Position numbers and translations under genes: made by a program. A stretch of DNA of 64,000 bases, from the NCBI GenBank assembly GCA_040290255.1, contig PSMU01000001.1, positions 128,001-192,000 of the forward strand, given 5' to 3'. How positions within the stretch are numbered: the stretch's first letter is position 1; each line of letters opens with the position of its first letter. Of this stretch, positions 48,249-57,430 are shown piece by piece. This DNA is from Nitrososphaerota archaeon (lineage in GTDB: Archaea > Thermoproteota > Nitrososphaeria > PSMU01). The notes beneath the pieces are model-generated. The model had not been told where the DNA came from and searched no databases. It was given only the letters and a program-made list of their open reading frames with translations.

Positions 48249-48785
48249 CTATCCTCCCGTTAGCCTTGCAAACTTATCCGCCGCGCTTCCGATGGGCTGG
48301 CTGAAGAGCCTCCTGCAGAACTCGATGTTGCTCAGGGCTATCACGGCCGAATCCACGACCTCCTTGCTCGGGTCCGAGAGCGCCTCCTCCAGGGCTTCCT
48401 TGGCCCCTTCGTAGCCTATGACGCCGAGGGCCACCGCCGCCTCATGTCTCACTATGGGGTGAGGGTCCCTGCGCACGGCCTCTATTAGGTACTGCACCGC
48501 CTCGCGGCGGCCCAGCTGGCCCAGCGAGTAGGCGGCTTCGTGCCTCACGATGGGGTTATCATCCCGCAGGAGGACCTCCGCTATTTCCTTCACGTACCTC
48601 TTTCCGGCCAGCTCCGCAAGGATGCAGACGGCCCTGGCCCTTATCACGAAGTCCTGGTGCTTGGTCAGCCGGGCGAAGAACTCCGCGTCTTCTTCCTCAT
48701 ATCTCCTCTCCATCTCAAAGAAGAGCGCGATCCTGTCCTCGGGCACGGAGAAGCTGCCCACGTTCCCTCCGCGCCTCGGCGCCAT
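48249..48785 (-). CDS. HEAT-repeat (PBS lyase/DOHH-like) protein
   Basis: 'VRHEAAYSLGQ' and 'VRHEAAVALG' repeats. Confidence 0.82.
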   Translation of the reverse strand: MAPRRGGNVGSFSVPEDRIALFFEMERRYEEEDAEFFARLTKHQDFVIRARAVCILAELAGKRYVKEIAEVLLRDDNPIVRHEAAYSLGQLGRREAVQYLIEAVRRDPHPIVRHEAAVALGVIGYEGAKEALEEALSDPSKEVVDSAVIALSNIEFCRRLFSQPIGSAADKFARLTGG

Positions 48786-48819
48786 AAATAACTTATTTTT
48801 ACGCCTCCTAGAGCGAGCG

Positions 48820-49560
48820 TTGCGCCCTCCCTCAGCGCTGCTCCTGGACTTTGTGGGGACGCTGGTGCTCTTTAAGCCGGATCCGCAAGGCGCGGTCAGG
48901 TGCCTCTTCGAAGAGCTGGCGCCGCTCCTGAATGAGCGGGACTTTGGCTCCTTTCATGGGGCCTACATGCGGGCCTACAACAAATACCTGGCCATCAGAA
49001 GAACCCAGCTGGTGGAGGTCTCTAATGATGTCTGGCTGCAGGAGGCCTGTAGGGCCCTAGACCCCGCCATCGAGCTGGACAAGGGGCTGTTGGAGAGGGC
49101 CATAACGCGCTACTTCACCTGCTTTATGAGGGGCCTGAGGCCCGCCCCGGGCGCTCGCAGCACCCTCCACTATCTTGCGCGCCAGAAGGGCTACAGGCTG
49201 GGCCTCGTCTCCAACTTCTCCTACGCTCCCTTTCTGAGGGCAAGGCTCGAAGGCTTAGGCCTGAGCGGCTTCTTCGAGGTCCTCGCGATATCCCATGAGG
49301 TGGGGTACAGGAAGCCCCACCCGGCCATCTTCAGGTTCGCGCTGGAGCGCCTGGGATGCGCTCCCGAGGAGGCACTGATGGTCGGCGATACGCCGAGCGA
49401 GGATGTCTACGGGGCCAGGAAGCTGGGCATGGGCGCCTGCCTCGTGCGCAGCTCGCTCACCGATAGCTACGCCGCCTACGAGGTGGACAGCGCGGAGGCC
49501 TCGCTGCTCAGCCCCGACCTGATCATCGACCAGCTGAGCGGGTTGAGGGCGCTGCTCTAG
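48820..49560 (+). CDS. HAD-superfamily hydrolase
   Basis: 'LLDFVGTL', 'VSN', 'RKPHPAIF', 'VGDTPSEDV'; TTG start inferred. Confidence 0.88.
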   Translation: MRPPSALLLDFVGTLVLFKPDPQGAVRCLFEELAPLLNERDFGSFHGAYMRAYNKYLAIRRTQLVEVSNDVWLQEACRALDPAIELDKGLLERAITRYFTCFMRGLRPAPGARSTLHYLARQKGYRLGLVSNFSYAPFLRARLEGLGLSGFFEVLAISHEVGYRKPHPAIFRFALERLGCAPEEALMVGDTPSEDVYGARKLGMGACLVRSSLTDSYAAYEVDSAEASLLSPDLIIDQLSGLRALL

Positions 49561-50477
49561 CCCCTTCTCCTTTCCTCCAGGCCCCTCAGCTCCACCTCCG
49601 GTGTGCCTGTATCGAGCTGTATGGTGACGTGGGCTATGCCGAACCTGCTGCGCAGGAGCTCGTTGATGCGGGCGAGGAGCTCCGCCGCCCTGCTGAGCGC
49701 TTGGTCCTCGACGACCACATGGCAGGTCAACGCGTAGAGGTCGGTGCCTATGGTCCAGATATGTAGGTCATGCAGCGACTTAACGCCGGGGAGGGCCTGG
49801 AGGGCGGCGGCCACCTCCTTGGCGCTGATCCTCTCAGGCGCCCCTTCAAGCAGCACGGCCGAGGAGTCCAATATTAGCTTCGCGGAGGAGCGCAGCAGGC
49901 TGAGCCCTATGATGAGCGCCAGGAGGCCGTCAAAGAAGGCCATATGGGTGAGCTTCACGAGCAGGTTTCCGGTTATGGCGCCCAGCGAGGAGAAGCTATC
50001 GGAGAGGGCGTGAAGGAAGGCCCCCCTGGCTCCCAGGCTCCTGGCGCTGAAGGGCCTGAGGAGCAGGAGCACGGACGAGTTGATGAGCAGCCCTATCAGG
50101 GCCACGCTAAGCGCCAGGTCGGCGTTGGGGAGCGAAGGAAGCAGGAGGCGCCTTATCGCCTCGCCCGCTATGGTTAAGGAGATGGAGCCCAGGGCGACGC
50201 CATTTACGAAGGCGCCCAGCACCTCAGCGCGATGAAAGCCATAGGTGTACTTGTAGGTGTGGGGCGCCCTCGCCCTTCCTATCGTCCATAGCGCCAGCGC
50301 GAAGGCCAGCGCGTCGGTGCCCATATGGCCCGCGTCGCTGAGTAGCGAGAGGCTGCCACTGAGCGCGCCCCCTGCCACCTCCAGCGCCGTGGCGCCCACC
50401 GTGAGCACCAGCGCCAGCCTGAGGCGGGCGAGCAAGGCACCGGAGTGCGGTTCAGCCTCCTTCACACTCTGTCCCAC
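49557..50477 (-). CDS. czcD: Cation diffusion facilitator (Zn/Co/Cd efflux)
   Basis: 'SDAGHMGTD', 'YGFHRAE', 'HALSD', 'HDLHIW', 'HVTIQ'. Confidence 0.9.
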   Translation of the reverse strand: MGQSVKEAEPHSGALLARLRLALVLTVGATALEVAGGALSGSLSLLSDAGHMGTDALAFALALWTIGRARAPHTYKYTYGFHRAEVLGAFVNGVALGSISLTIAGEAIRRLLLPSLPNADLALSVALIGLLINSSVLLLLRPFSARSLGARGAFLHALSDSFSSLGAITGNLLVKLTHMAFFDGLLALIIGLSLLRSSAKLILDSSAVLLEGAPERISAKEVAAALQALPGVKSLHDLHIWTIGTDLYALTCHVVVEDQALSRAAELLARINELLRSRFGIAHVTIQLDTGTPEVELRGLEERRRG

Positions 50478-50520
50478 TATATGCCAGGCCTGCCATTTAA
50501 GGCCTGCAGGGGCCTAAATG

Positions 50521-51462
50521 TTACTTGCCCGCGTAGTAGGACTCGATCTTTATCTGCGTCCGCTTTGCCCCTATCTCGGGGCTGAGCAGCAGCCTCATCA
50601 TGGCCTGAATGAATTCGGCGCTGCCGCAGATTCTGTTGGAGGCCCGCTCATGGGTCAGGATCTCGCGCGGCAGCCAAAGCAATAACTTTTGGGGGCTATC
50701 GACCCTGCCCTGTATCTTGGCGTAGGAGGGGTCGAACTCCCTGGTCAGGGCATGCGTGACGCGAAAGTTGGCGAGCCGCCTCTGCAGCTCCTCCAGCTCG
50801 CTTCTGTATATTATATGGGCCTTGGTCTTGTTGGAATACAACAGATTCACTTGGACATCCCTTATCCCCTTATCAAAGATGTACCTCAGGTAGCACATGA
50901 AGGGTACGATGCCGCTGCCGCCTGCTATCAGGTTCAGGTACGCGCAGGTCCCCTCCTCGAAGATGAAGTCGCCGTCGGCCTCCGTGATATGATAGTAGTC
51001 GCCCACGCTGGCGTTATCGATGAAGGTGTTAGAGAGCAGGCCATAGTAGATGGGCTGGCCCGTCTGCTTATCCCTTTCGATATAGCGCTCGATCGTTAGC
51101 TCTATGTATTCCTTCCTCGTGGGCGGGCTCGCGATGGAGAAGCGCCGCGGCACCTCCGCGGGCCTCCTTTCCTTGAGGGCCTTATCCACCTCCCTGCTGA
51201 GGTTCTCGAGCGCCCTCTGGTAGGCCGGCTTTGGTATGATGCCCTTCGTGAACCCGTCCTCGAAGTAGGCCCTTATCAGCGAGGAGCTCAGGAGCAGGGT
51301 TGCATACTGGCCCGGCCTATGCGTGTATGAGATACCATCTAGGGCGAAGCGGTAGGTGAAGGTATCCGGCGTCTCCTGGACTATCTGGGCCAGCCTTAAG
51401 GAATACACCTTGTAGAGCCTGTTCCCTATGAGGTACTGGCCGACCTCCTGCCTGAGCTCCAC
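50521..51462 (-). CDS. Ferredoxin-NAD(P) reductase family FAD/NAD-binding oxidoreductase
   Basis: 'RPGQY', 'RRFSIAS', 'IAGGSGIVP', 'ICGS', 'IESY'. Confidence 0.85.
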   Translation of the reverse strand: MELRQEVGQYLIGNRLYKVYSLRLAQIVQETPDTFTYRFALDGISYTHRPGQYATLLLSSSLIRAYFEDGFTKGIIPKPAYQRALENLSREVDKALKERRPAEVPRRFSIASPPTRKEYIELTIERYIERDKQTGQPIYYGLLSNTFIDNASVGDYYHITEADGDFIFEEGTCAYLNLIAGGSGIVPFMCYLRYIFDKGIRDVQVNLLYSNKTKAHIIYRSELEELQRRLANFRVTHALTREFDPSYAKIQGRVDSPQKLLLWLPREILTHERASNRICGSAEFIQAMMRLLLSPEIGAKRTQIKIESYYAGK

Positions 51463-51574
51463 GCCGGGGGCAGTACCCCCCCTCTATAAGGCTTATCGGC
51501 GGCTAGGCCAGATGACGCGGGGGTTTGAAATTGCTAACAAGGCCCGTTTATAATTTGGGCCGGGCCGCAGCGGC

Positions 51575-51817
51575 GTGGAGCAGAGGCAGAGGCCGGCGAA
51601 CTGGGCCAGCTATGCTGAGGGCATGATGAAGGCGGCCGAGCAGAAGGCCAAGGCGGGCCAAGTGGAGGAGGCCATCGCCGGCTATCTCATGGCGGCCGAT
51701 ATTTTCCTAACCCTGGCGAAGTCGGAGTCCACATACAGGGCCTGGCTGGACTATGCCACAAAGGCCGAGCTCTGCCAAAAGAAGGTCAAGGAGCTGATGG
51801 CCGGAGGACAAGGTTAA
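51575..51817 (+). CDS. Stand-alone MIT-like three-helix protein
   Basis: 'AEQKAKAGQVEEAIAGY..AADIFL..KAE....KVKEL' resembles the MIT pattern. Confidence 0.6.
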   Translation: MEQRQRPANWASYAEGMMKAAEQKAKAGQVEEAIAGYLMAADIFLTLAKSESTYRAWLDYATKAELCQKKVKELMAGGQG

Positions 51818-51843
51818 AAAGCCGAGCCTTAGCAGAGCCTTCA

Positions 51844-52062
51844 ATGCGTAGGAACGAACTGCAGCCGGTGGAGGTGGCCGAGAAGATCTGCGTGACGGAG
51901 CAGGCGATCACGGCCCTCGAATCGCTTGTGAGCCGGGGGCTCCTGAGCGAAAAGGACGCAAAGGTGCTGATCGAACATATGATAAACTCCCTCCTGAACT
52001 TGGTGCGGGAGTCCAAGGCCCAGAGGAGGAAGATGCCCCACGACCTAAGCCTCCTTAAGTAA
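51844..52062 (+). CDS. Small hypothetical protein
   Basis: 72-aa helical ORF filling the gap, co-oriented with the MIT-like gene. Confidence 0.5.
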   Translation: MRRNELQPVEVAEKICVTEQAITALESLVSRGLLSEKDAKVLIEHMINSLLNLVRESKAQRRKMPHDLSLLK

Positions 52063-55000
52063 GGACCTCTTCTCGCGGCCTTTCTCGCTTTTCCGCCTTC
52101 AGCGCTTCAAGCGTTAGATGGCAGAGGTAGAGGGACCTCGCCTCCTCCTTTAGGTACTCGGCGAGGCGTTCCCTTAGCCTTGACCCCTCCGTCCTTATGA
52201 AGCTCATTTTAGGCCTCCGTGCGGCCTCCTTCTGGGCCTCAAAGCTCACGTCCTGGAGCCTGACCTGCCTGACCATGCCCAGCCCCTCCTCCAGCGCTTC
52301 CCTCGTGGCCCTCTCCCCGAGCACACCCCTCAGCTCCTCGGCGAGCGATAGCAGCAGGCCCAACTTCGCGGCGCCCAGCAGCGAGGCCCTCAGCGAGGCG
52401 AGGCCGGCCGAGGTCAGAAGCGCCTCTACATCGCCCAAGTCGTGGACGATCACCCTAAAGCCCCTATCTATGAGCGAGGAGAGCCCTTGAAGGATGGGCG
52501 CCGCGGCTCGATCGGGCTCGCCCAGCTCCTTTGTGCCCGTAACGCAGGACACCTCCTCACCATCAAAGAGCGCGAGGCCATAGATGCCGCTCCTGAGGTC
52601 CTCCCTGAGCGTAAGGTCAACGGCCGCCAGGCTGGCGAGCTTTAGGGCCTTGGAGGGCCTCGGCAGCGCCAGGCTTCTTCCCTTGAGCTGGACCACGAGC
52701 CTCTCCCTTGAGATGAGGTAATCTAGGAGCGCCAGCGTCTGCCTCTTCACGATCTTCCAATCCAGGCCGAGAGAGAGGAAGCTGGCATGCGCCAGTTCAT
52801 CCACCACCTCTAGGAAGACGGCGTCCAGCTCTTGAGGCTCATAGCGCTCCGCTAGCGCCCGCAGACCTGCCCAGTCGAGCTTCACTAGGAGCCCCGCGCT
52901 CTCCGCCTCATGCAGGAGCACCACCTTCCTGTTGCCCATGACGGCTACATCGTACTTGATCAGGTCGAAGGGGATCCCCAGCAGGCGCCTCAGCAGGATC
53001 ATGAGGAAGGCCAGGCCCAGCCTGAGCAGCTCCTGCCCCTCGGTGGGCGAGACTTCGAAGGAGATGCCATACGTATAGTCCCCATAAGAGCCGAAGGTGG
53101 GCGTGGGCGCCACGATCCTCCTTTCATCGCGCAGCACGAGCGTCCTTTCGCCTATGACCTGCACCCTCCTCTTGGGCAGCGTGAACCTCCAGATCACCCT
53201 ATTCGGTATCTTGCTGTAGAGGCCAAAGCCGCTGGAGGGGGCATGCACGGCGCAGAGCACCTCCGTATGCACGCGGCCGTTCAGGTAATCCCCATATAGG
53301 TCTGGGCGCTCTCCGGCGCTTCTCTTCGCCCTTTCATACTCCTCGAGCACGTAGGCCAGGGCCTCGTGCCGGCGCAGCACCTGCTCCCTCAGATCATCGA
53401 TGATTACGCCCGTTACGGTCCTCGCCCTTCCGCCTCCGAGCCTATGCTCCACCACGACGCCGTCGCTGCTATAGTCTATGCAGCCCACCTGAAACTTCTC
53501 GACCAGGTCGACGTGGGATATATCCTCCAGCTGCTCCAGCTCCCTTCCTCCCCTGAGCCTCAGCCTCTTGATGCCAAAGGGGGGCGCGAACTCGTAGAAG
53601 TTCATCTTGAGCAGGACCCTCCTCCCCTCCGCCGTGAGCTCCCCATCCCTCTCTAGGCCCAGCCCCCTCAGGAAGAGCCTCTCCTCCCTGCTCAAATGAG
53701 CCCTGAGCGAGGGTGAGGAGAGCAGGAAGAGCGCCTCGAAGAGCCTGCTGTAGAGGTTGTCCCGGTTCACGAGCACCTTTTCAGCGGGCATCTCGAGCCA
53801 CTGCCTCAGCGCATTCACCCCCCTGCTGAGGAGCGAGAAGGTCCAGGGGCCCGAGGGGAAGATCACCGTCTCGGTGCGCGCTATCTCCTGCCTCCTGCCC
53901 TTCCTCCCCTCCTTCTGCCGGAACTCCCTGAGCGAATCGGGCAGCCCTATATGCACGACCCTTATGATGGGGCCTATATCGATGCCCTGGCTCAGCGTCC
54001 TCGGCGAGATCAGCAGCTTAAGCTCCCCCCTCCTGGCCCTCTCCTCCAGCCGCTCCCTCATCTCCTTTGAGATAAGGTGATGGTGCGAGGCCACCAGCTC
54101 CGGCTGAAGCTTCATGGAGAGCTGGCGGGCCACCTCCTCCGCCTTCGCGATCCCCCTCGTGAAGACGAGGGTTACGCCCTTATCCTCCGCATACCTGGCC
54201 AGCAGGGAGACGGGGTCCAGGCCCAGCTCTCCCACCTCCAGGCCCAGGGCCTGCACCACCTCCAGCACGGCGTAGCAGCGCTCCCTGAAGTCCTCATAGC
54301 TCTCCAGGTGCCTCAGCACATCGCTTCCCACACCCTTCGCCCTGAGTTCCTCCTTCCTCTCCCTCAGCATCTCCCAGAGCCTGCGCAGGTTCTTGCCCAG
54401 CACCACGTAATAGTGGTTCTCCGGATGAAAGGGCTTGCCCGCCACTATGGCCGTCCCCCTTCCATTTATCGATGTGAGGTATTCGGCCACGTCCTCCGGG
54501 TTCTCCAGGCCCGCGGTCAGGAAGCAGAGCTGCAGGCCCGGGTTCACATGCTTGACGAGCAGCTTCACCATGCTGAAGAGGAGCGCGATGGAGCGGGGGC
54601 CATAAAAGTCGAAGTCGTCCACCACCAGCAGCTGGGCCTCCTGCAGGAAGGGCCTGAGAAGCGAGGGCCTATTTGCCCCTATCTTCCTGAGCTCGTTGAG
54701 GAGGAAGGCGGGGTTCGTCACGACGATATGAGAGGAGAGCAGGCGCCGCCTCAACTCCCTGAAGCCCAGGCTCTTCACGTACTGGTCCCGCTTCAGGGCA
54801 TCTAGGGCCAGGACCTCAAGGCCCAAGGCGCCCCCATATTCCATGAGCCGGCTGAGCTGGTCGTTCGCCAGTGCCAGCGTAGGGTATATGGCCATCGTCC
54901 TCTTGGGGCCTTGGGCCGAGTAGGCGAACCACGCCTCGGTTTTGCCCGAGCCCGTGCCGGACTTCAGGATCAGGTTCAGGCCCTCCCTTAGCGCTTCTAG

Positions 55001-55207
55001 GCCCTGCTTCTGATGGCAATATAGGCGGGCCGGCGCGATGGCCCTGCACCTTGGGCTGGAGGAGCCAAGTAGCCCAGGCAGGAGCTGGCCGAAGGTTACA
55101 TCGCTGAACTCGGGCGCCTGGCCGGGGGAGATAAAATGGTAGTAATCGTAGCCCAGCTCCTTGAGCAGCTGCTCGGTGTTGAGCGGAGGGCCCAGCTGCA
55201 AGGACAA
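52055..55207 (-). CDS. Large SF2 helicase (Hrq1/SftH/MrfA-like architecture)
   Basis: Q motif 'LYCHQ', 'SGTGSGKTE', 'YPTLALANDQ', 'TNP', motif II 'DDFD', 'QGIDIG', 'QKEGRKGR'. Confidence 0.85.
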   Translation of the reverse strand: MSLQLGPPLNTEQLLKELGYDYYHFISPGQAPEFSDVTFGQLLPGLLGSSSPRCRAIAPARLYCHQKQGLEALREGLNLILKSGTGSGKTEAWFAYSAQGPKRTMAIYPTLALANDQLSRLMEYGGALGLEVLALDALKRDQYVKSLGFRELRRRLLSSHIVVTNPAFLLNELRKIGANRPSLLRPFLQEAQLLVVDDFDFYGPRSIALLFSMVKLLVKHVNPGLQLCFLTAGLENPEDVAEYLTSINGRGTAIVAGKPFHPENHYYVVLGKNLRRLWEMLRERKEELRAKGVGSDVLRHLESYEDFRERCYAVLEVVQALGLEVGELGLDPVSLLARYAEDKGVTLVFTRGIAKAEEVARQLSMKLQPELVASHHHLISKEMRERLEERARRGELKLLISPRTLSQGIDIGPIIRVVHIGLPDSLREFRQKEGRKGRRQEIARTETVIFPSGPWTFSLLSRGVNALRQWLEMPAEKVLVNRDNLYSRLFEALFLLSSPSLRAHLSREERLFLRGLGLERDGELTAEGRRVLLKMNFYEFAPPFGIKRLRLRGGRELEQLEDISHVDLVEKFQVGCIDYSSDGVVVEHRLGGGRARTVTGVIIDDLREQVLRRHEALAYVLEEYERAKRSAGERPDLYGDYLNGRVHTEVLCAVHAPSSGFGLYSKIPNRVIWRFTLPKRRVQVIGERTLVLRDERRIVAPTPTFGSYGDYTYGISFEVSPTEGQELLRLGLAFLMILLRRLLGIPFDLIKYDVAVMGNRKVVLLHEAESAGLLVKLDWAGLRALAERYEPQELDAVFLEVVDELAHASFLSLGLDWKIVKRQTLALLDYLISRERLVVQLKGRSLALPRPSKALKLASLAAVDLTLREDLRSGIYGLALFDGEEVSCVTGTKELGEPDRAAAPILQGLSSLIDRGFRVIVHDLGDVEALLTSAGLASLRASLLGAAKLGLLLSLAEELRGVLGERATREALEEGLGMVRQVRLQDVSFEAQKEAARRPKMSFIRTEGSRLRERLAEYLKEEARSLYLCHLTLEALKAEKRERPREEVLT

Positions 55208-55295
55208 GGCTATCTCGTGGCACCGGCCGGTTATTAAGGCCTTGCGGGCCGCGGAGCAAAAAAGGCTTAAATTGCCCTTTTCTCATGCCGGCATA

Positions 55296-55571
55296 TTGAG
55301 CGGCAGAAGGACGCAGAGGGCCTTCATCCTCCTAAAGGTGGAGCCGGGCCACGAGAGGGAGGTCATGCGCGAGCTGGCGGGGCACGATGAGGTAAGGGAG
55401 GTCCACGTGATAGGGGGCGAGTGGGATGTGCTCGCGGTGCTGGAGGTGAGGAGGGAGATAATTGCGCCGAGCGATGAGCAGGTCTACAACTATGTGGTGG
55501 ACAGGCTGAGAAAGGTGAGACATGTGCAGGACACTAAGACGCTCATCCCTCACCTGTCGACCTTCAAGTAG
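55296..55571 (+). CDS. Lrp/AsnC ligand-binding (RAM) domain protein
   Basis: 'AFILLKVEPG', 'GEWDVLA', 'TKTLI'; TTG start inferred. Confidence 0.85.
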   Translation: MSGRRTQRAFILLKVEPGHEREVMRELAGHDEVREVHVIGGEWDVLAVLEVRREIIAPSDEQVYNYVVDRLRKVRHVQDTKTLIPHLSTFK

Positions 55572-55589
55572 GTCGTGGACCGGAGGCCT

Positions 55590-56441
55590 CTAGCCCGAGA
55601 GCATTCTCCAAGCGAAGAAGATGCTGAGCGAGGAGAGGATAGCGGAGAAGAGGCCTAGGTAGAGGAAGTCATAGCCCAGGCTAGTGAGGCCCGGCGCTCC
55701 GAGAAGAAGTTGGCGGCAGGCGTCGGTGGCATAGGTGATGGGGTTTACCTTCGCGATGTACTGCAGCCAATCCGGCATGTATTTTATGGGGAAGAGCGCG
55801 TTGCTGGTGAAGAGCAGGGGCAGGTTCAGCAGGTTGCCCAGCGCGGCCTGCGTCTGCCAGTTCGTGGACCTTACCGCCAGCATCACGAAGAGCGAGGCCA
55901 GGCCAAAGCCCAGCAGCGCGAGGGCGGCAAAGGCCTCCAGCACGCCGAGCACGCTCATCTGGCTCAGGTCCATGCCCAGCAGGATGGCGACGAGCAGGAT
56001 GACGCCACCCTGCGTTATAGCCCTGAGCACATTGGAGAGCACCTTGGCCATGATGATCCAGGCCCTCTCGACCGGCGTGCTGAGCAGCTTATCCAGGATG
56101 CCCATCCTCTTGTCCCAGATGAGCGACATGCCGCCGAACATCACGGTAAAGATGACGATGAAGGAGAGCTGGCCCACGGCGAAGAAGGAGAAATAATCCG
56201 AGGTCCCGAAGGTGCCCTTCATCAGCTGCGTCGCGATCTGGTCTATGACCTGCTTGGGCAGATTGAGAAGGGGTATCTGCAGCGCCCCCTCCCTGAAGAA
56301 GGAGCCGAAGTCCATTGCCCGGCCGAACAGGCTGAGCCAGATGATGGGCTGGACGAGCGAGATGATGAGCAGGAAGGGGACCTTGAACCACTTGATCAGC
56401 TCCCTCTTTGTGAGCGCGCCCAGTCCCTGCAGGCCGCTCAT
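55590..56441 (-). CDS. ABC-2 type permease
   Basis: 'QPIIWL..FG', 'LLSTPV', 'PDWLQYIAKVNPITY'; ATGA overlap with the ATPase gene. Confidence 0.88.
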   Translation of the reverse strand: MSGLQGLGALTKRELIKWFKVPFLLIISLVQPIIWLSLFGRAMDFGSFFREGALQIPLLNLPKQVIDQIATQLMKGTFGTSDYFSFFAVGQLSFIVIFTVMFGGMSLIWDKRMGILDKLLSTPVERAWIIMAKVLSNVLRAITQGGVILLVAILLGMDLSQMSVLGVLEAFAALALLGFGLASLFVMLAVRSTNWQTQAALGNLLNLPLLFTSNALFPIKYMPDWLQYIAKVNPITYATDACRQLLLGAPGLTSLGYDFLYLGLFSAILSSLSIFFAWRMLSG

Positions 56442-57430
56442 GCCCTCGCCCTCCTCAGCGTGAGCCTCTGGGCCCACACATCCGCCGGCTCCTCCTCCCT
56501 GAAGGCCCTGCCCGTATACTCTAGGTAGACATCGTTGAGCGAGGGCTTCGTGATCTGAAGCCTCCTTATGTGATAGCCCAGCCGCCTGACCGCCTCCATG
56601 ATGGCGGGCGCCGCATCCTCCCCGGACTCGACCTTTATCCTGTAGGTGCTGTCCTGCCTGCTGACGGCCTTCACGAAGTCCAGCCTGGCCAGCGCGGGCT
56701 CCAGGCTCACGGCATCGCCGTCCACGCTCACCTCCACGATATCGCCCCCCAGCTCCTTCTTGAGCTCCGCCGGGGAGCCCAGGGCCACGACCCTTCCTCT
56801 ATCGATGATGGCTATCCTATCACAGAGCGCATCGGCCTCCTCCAGGTAGTGAGTGGTCATGAAGAGCGTCATGCCGTACTCGGCCTTCAGCTTCCTTATG
56901 TAGTTCCAGACGGCGATGCGCGTCTGCACGTCAAGGCCGAGCGTGGGCTCATCTAGGAAGAGCAGCCGGGGCCTGTTGATAAGGCCCATGGCCAGCTCCA
57001 GCCTCCTCCTCATGCCGCCTGAGTAATGCTCGACCTTCCTCTGCGCGGCCTCCCTGAGGTCCACGAGCTCGAGCAGCTCCTGAGCCCTCCTCACGGCGTC
57101 CTGCTTCGGTATCCCATAGAGCCTCGCCATCAACATTACGTTCTCCATGCCCGTTAGGTCCTCATCGGCCGTGTACTCCTGGGGCACGAGCCCTATCGAT
57201 GCCCTCACGCTCTTGGCCTCCCTCACGACGTCGAAGCCGCAGACGCTGGCGCTGCCGGAGCTGGGCTTCAGCAGGGTGGTCAGCATCTTGATGGTGGTCG
57301 TCTTGCCCGCCCCGTTGGGGCCCAAGAAGCCGAAGACCTCGCCCTCCCTCACCTCCAAGTCTATGTGATCAACGGCCACCAACCTTCCAAAACTTCTCGT
57401 CAGGCCTGAGGCCCTAATTATCTCCCCCAT
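56438..57430 (-). CDS. ABC exporter ATPase (DrrA-like)
   Basis: 'GPNGAGKTT', 'YSGGMRRR', 'FLDEPTLGLD', 'THY'. Confidence 0.93.
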   Translation of the reverse strand: MGEIIRASGLTRSFGRLVAVDHIDLEVREGEVFGFLGPNGAGKTTTIKMLTTLLKPSSGSASVCGFDVVREAKSVRASIGLVPQEYTADEDLTGMENVMLMARLYGIPKQDAVRRAQELLELVDLREAAQRKVEHYSGGMRRRLELAMGLINRPRLLFLDEPTLGLDVQTRIAVWNYIRKLKAEYGMTLFMTTHYLEEADALCDRIAIIDRGRVVALGSPAELKKELGGDIVEVSVDGDAVSLEPALARLDFVKAVSRQDSTYRIKVESGEDAAPAIMEAVRRLGYHIRRLQITKPSLNDVYLEYTGRAFREEEPADVWAQRLTLRRARA

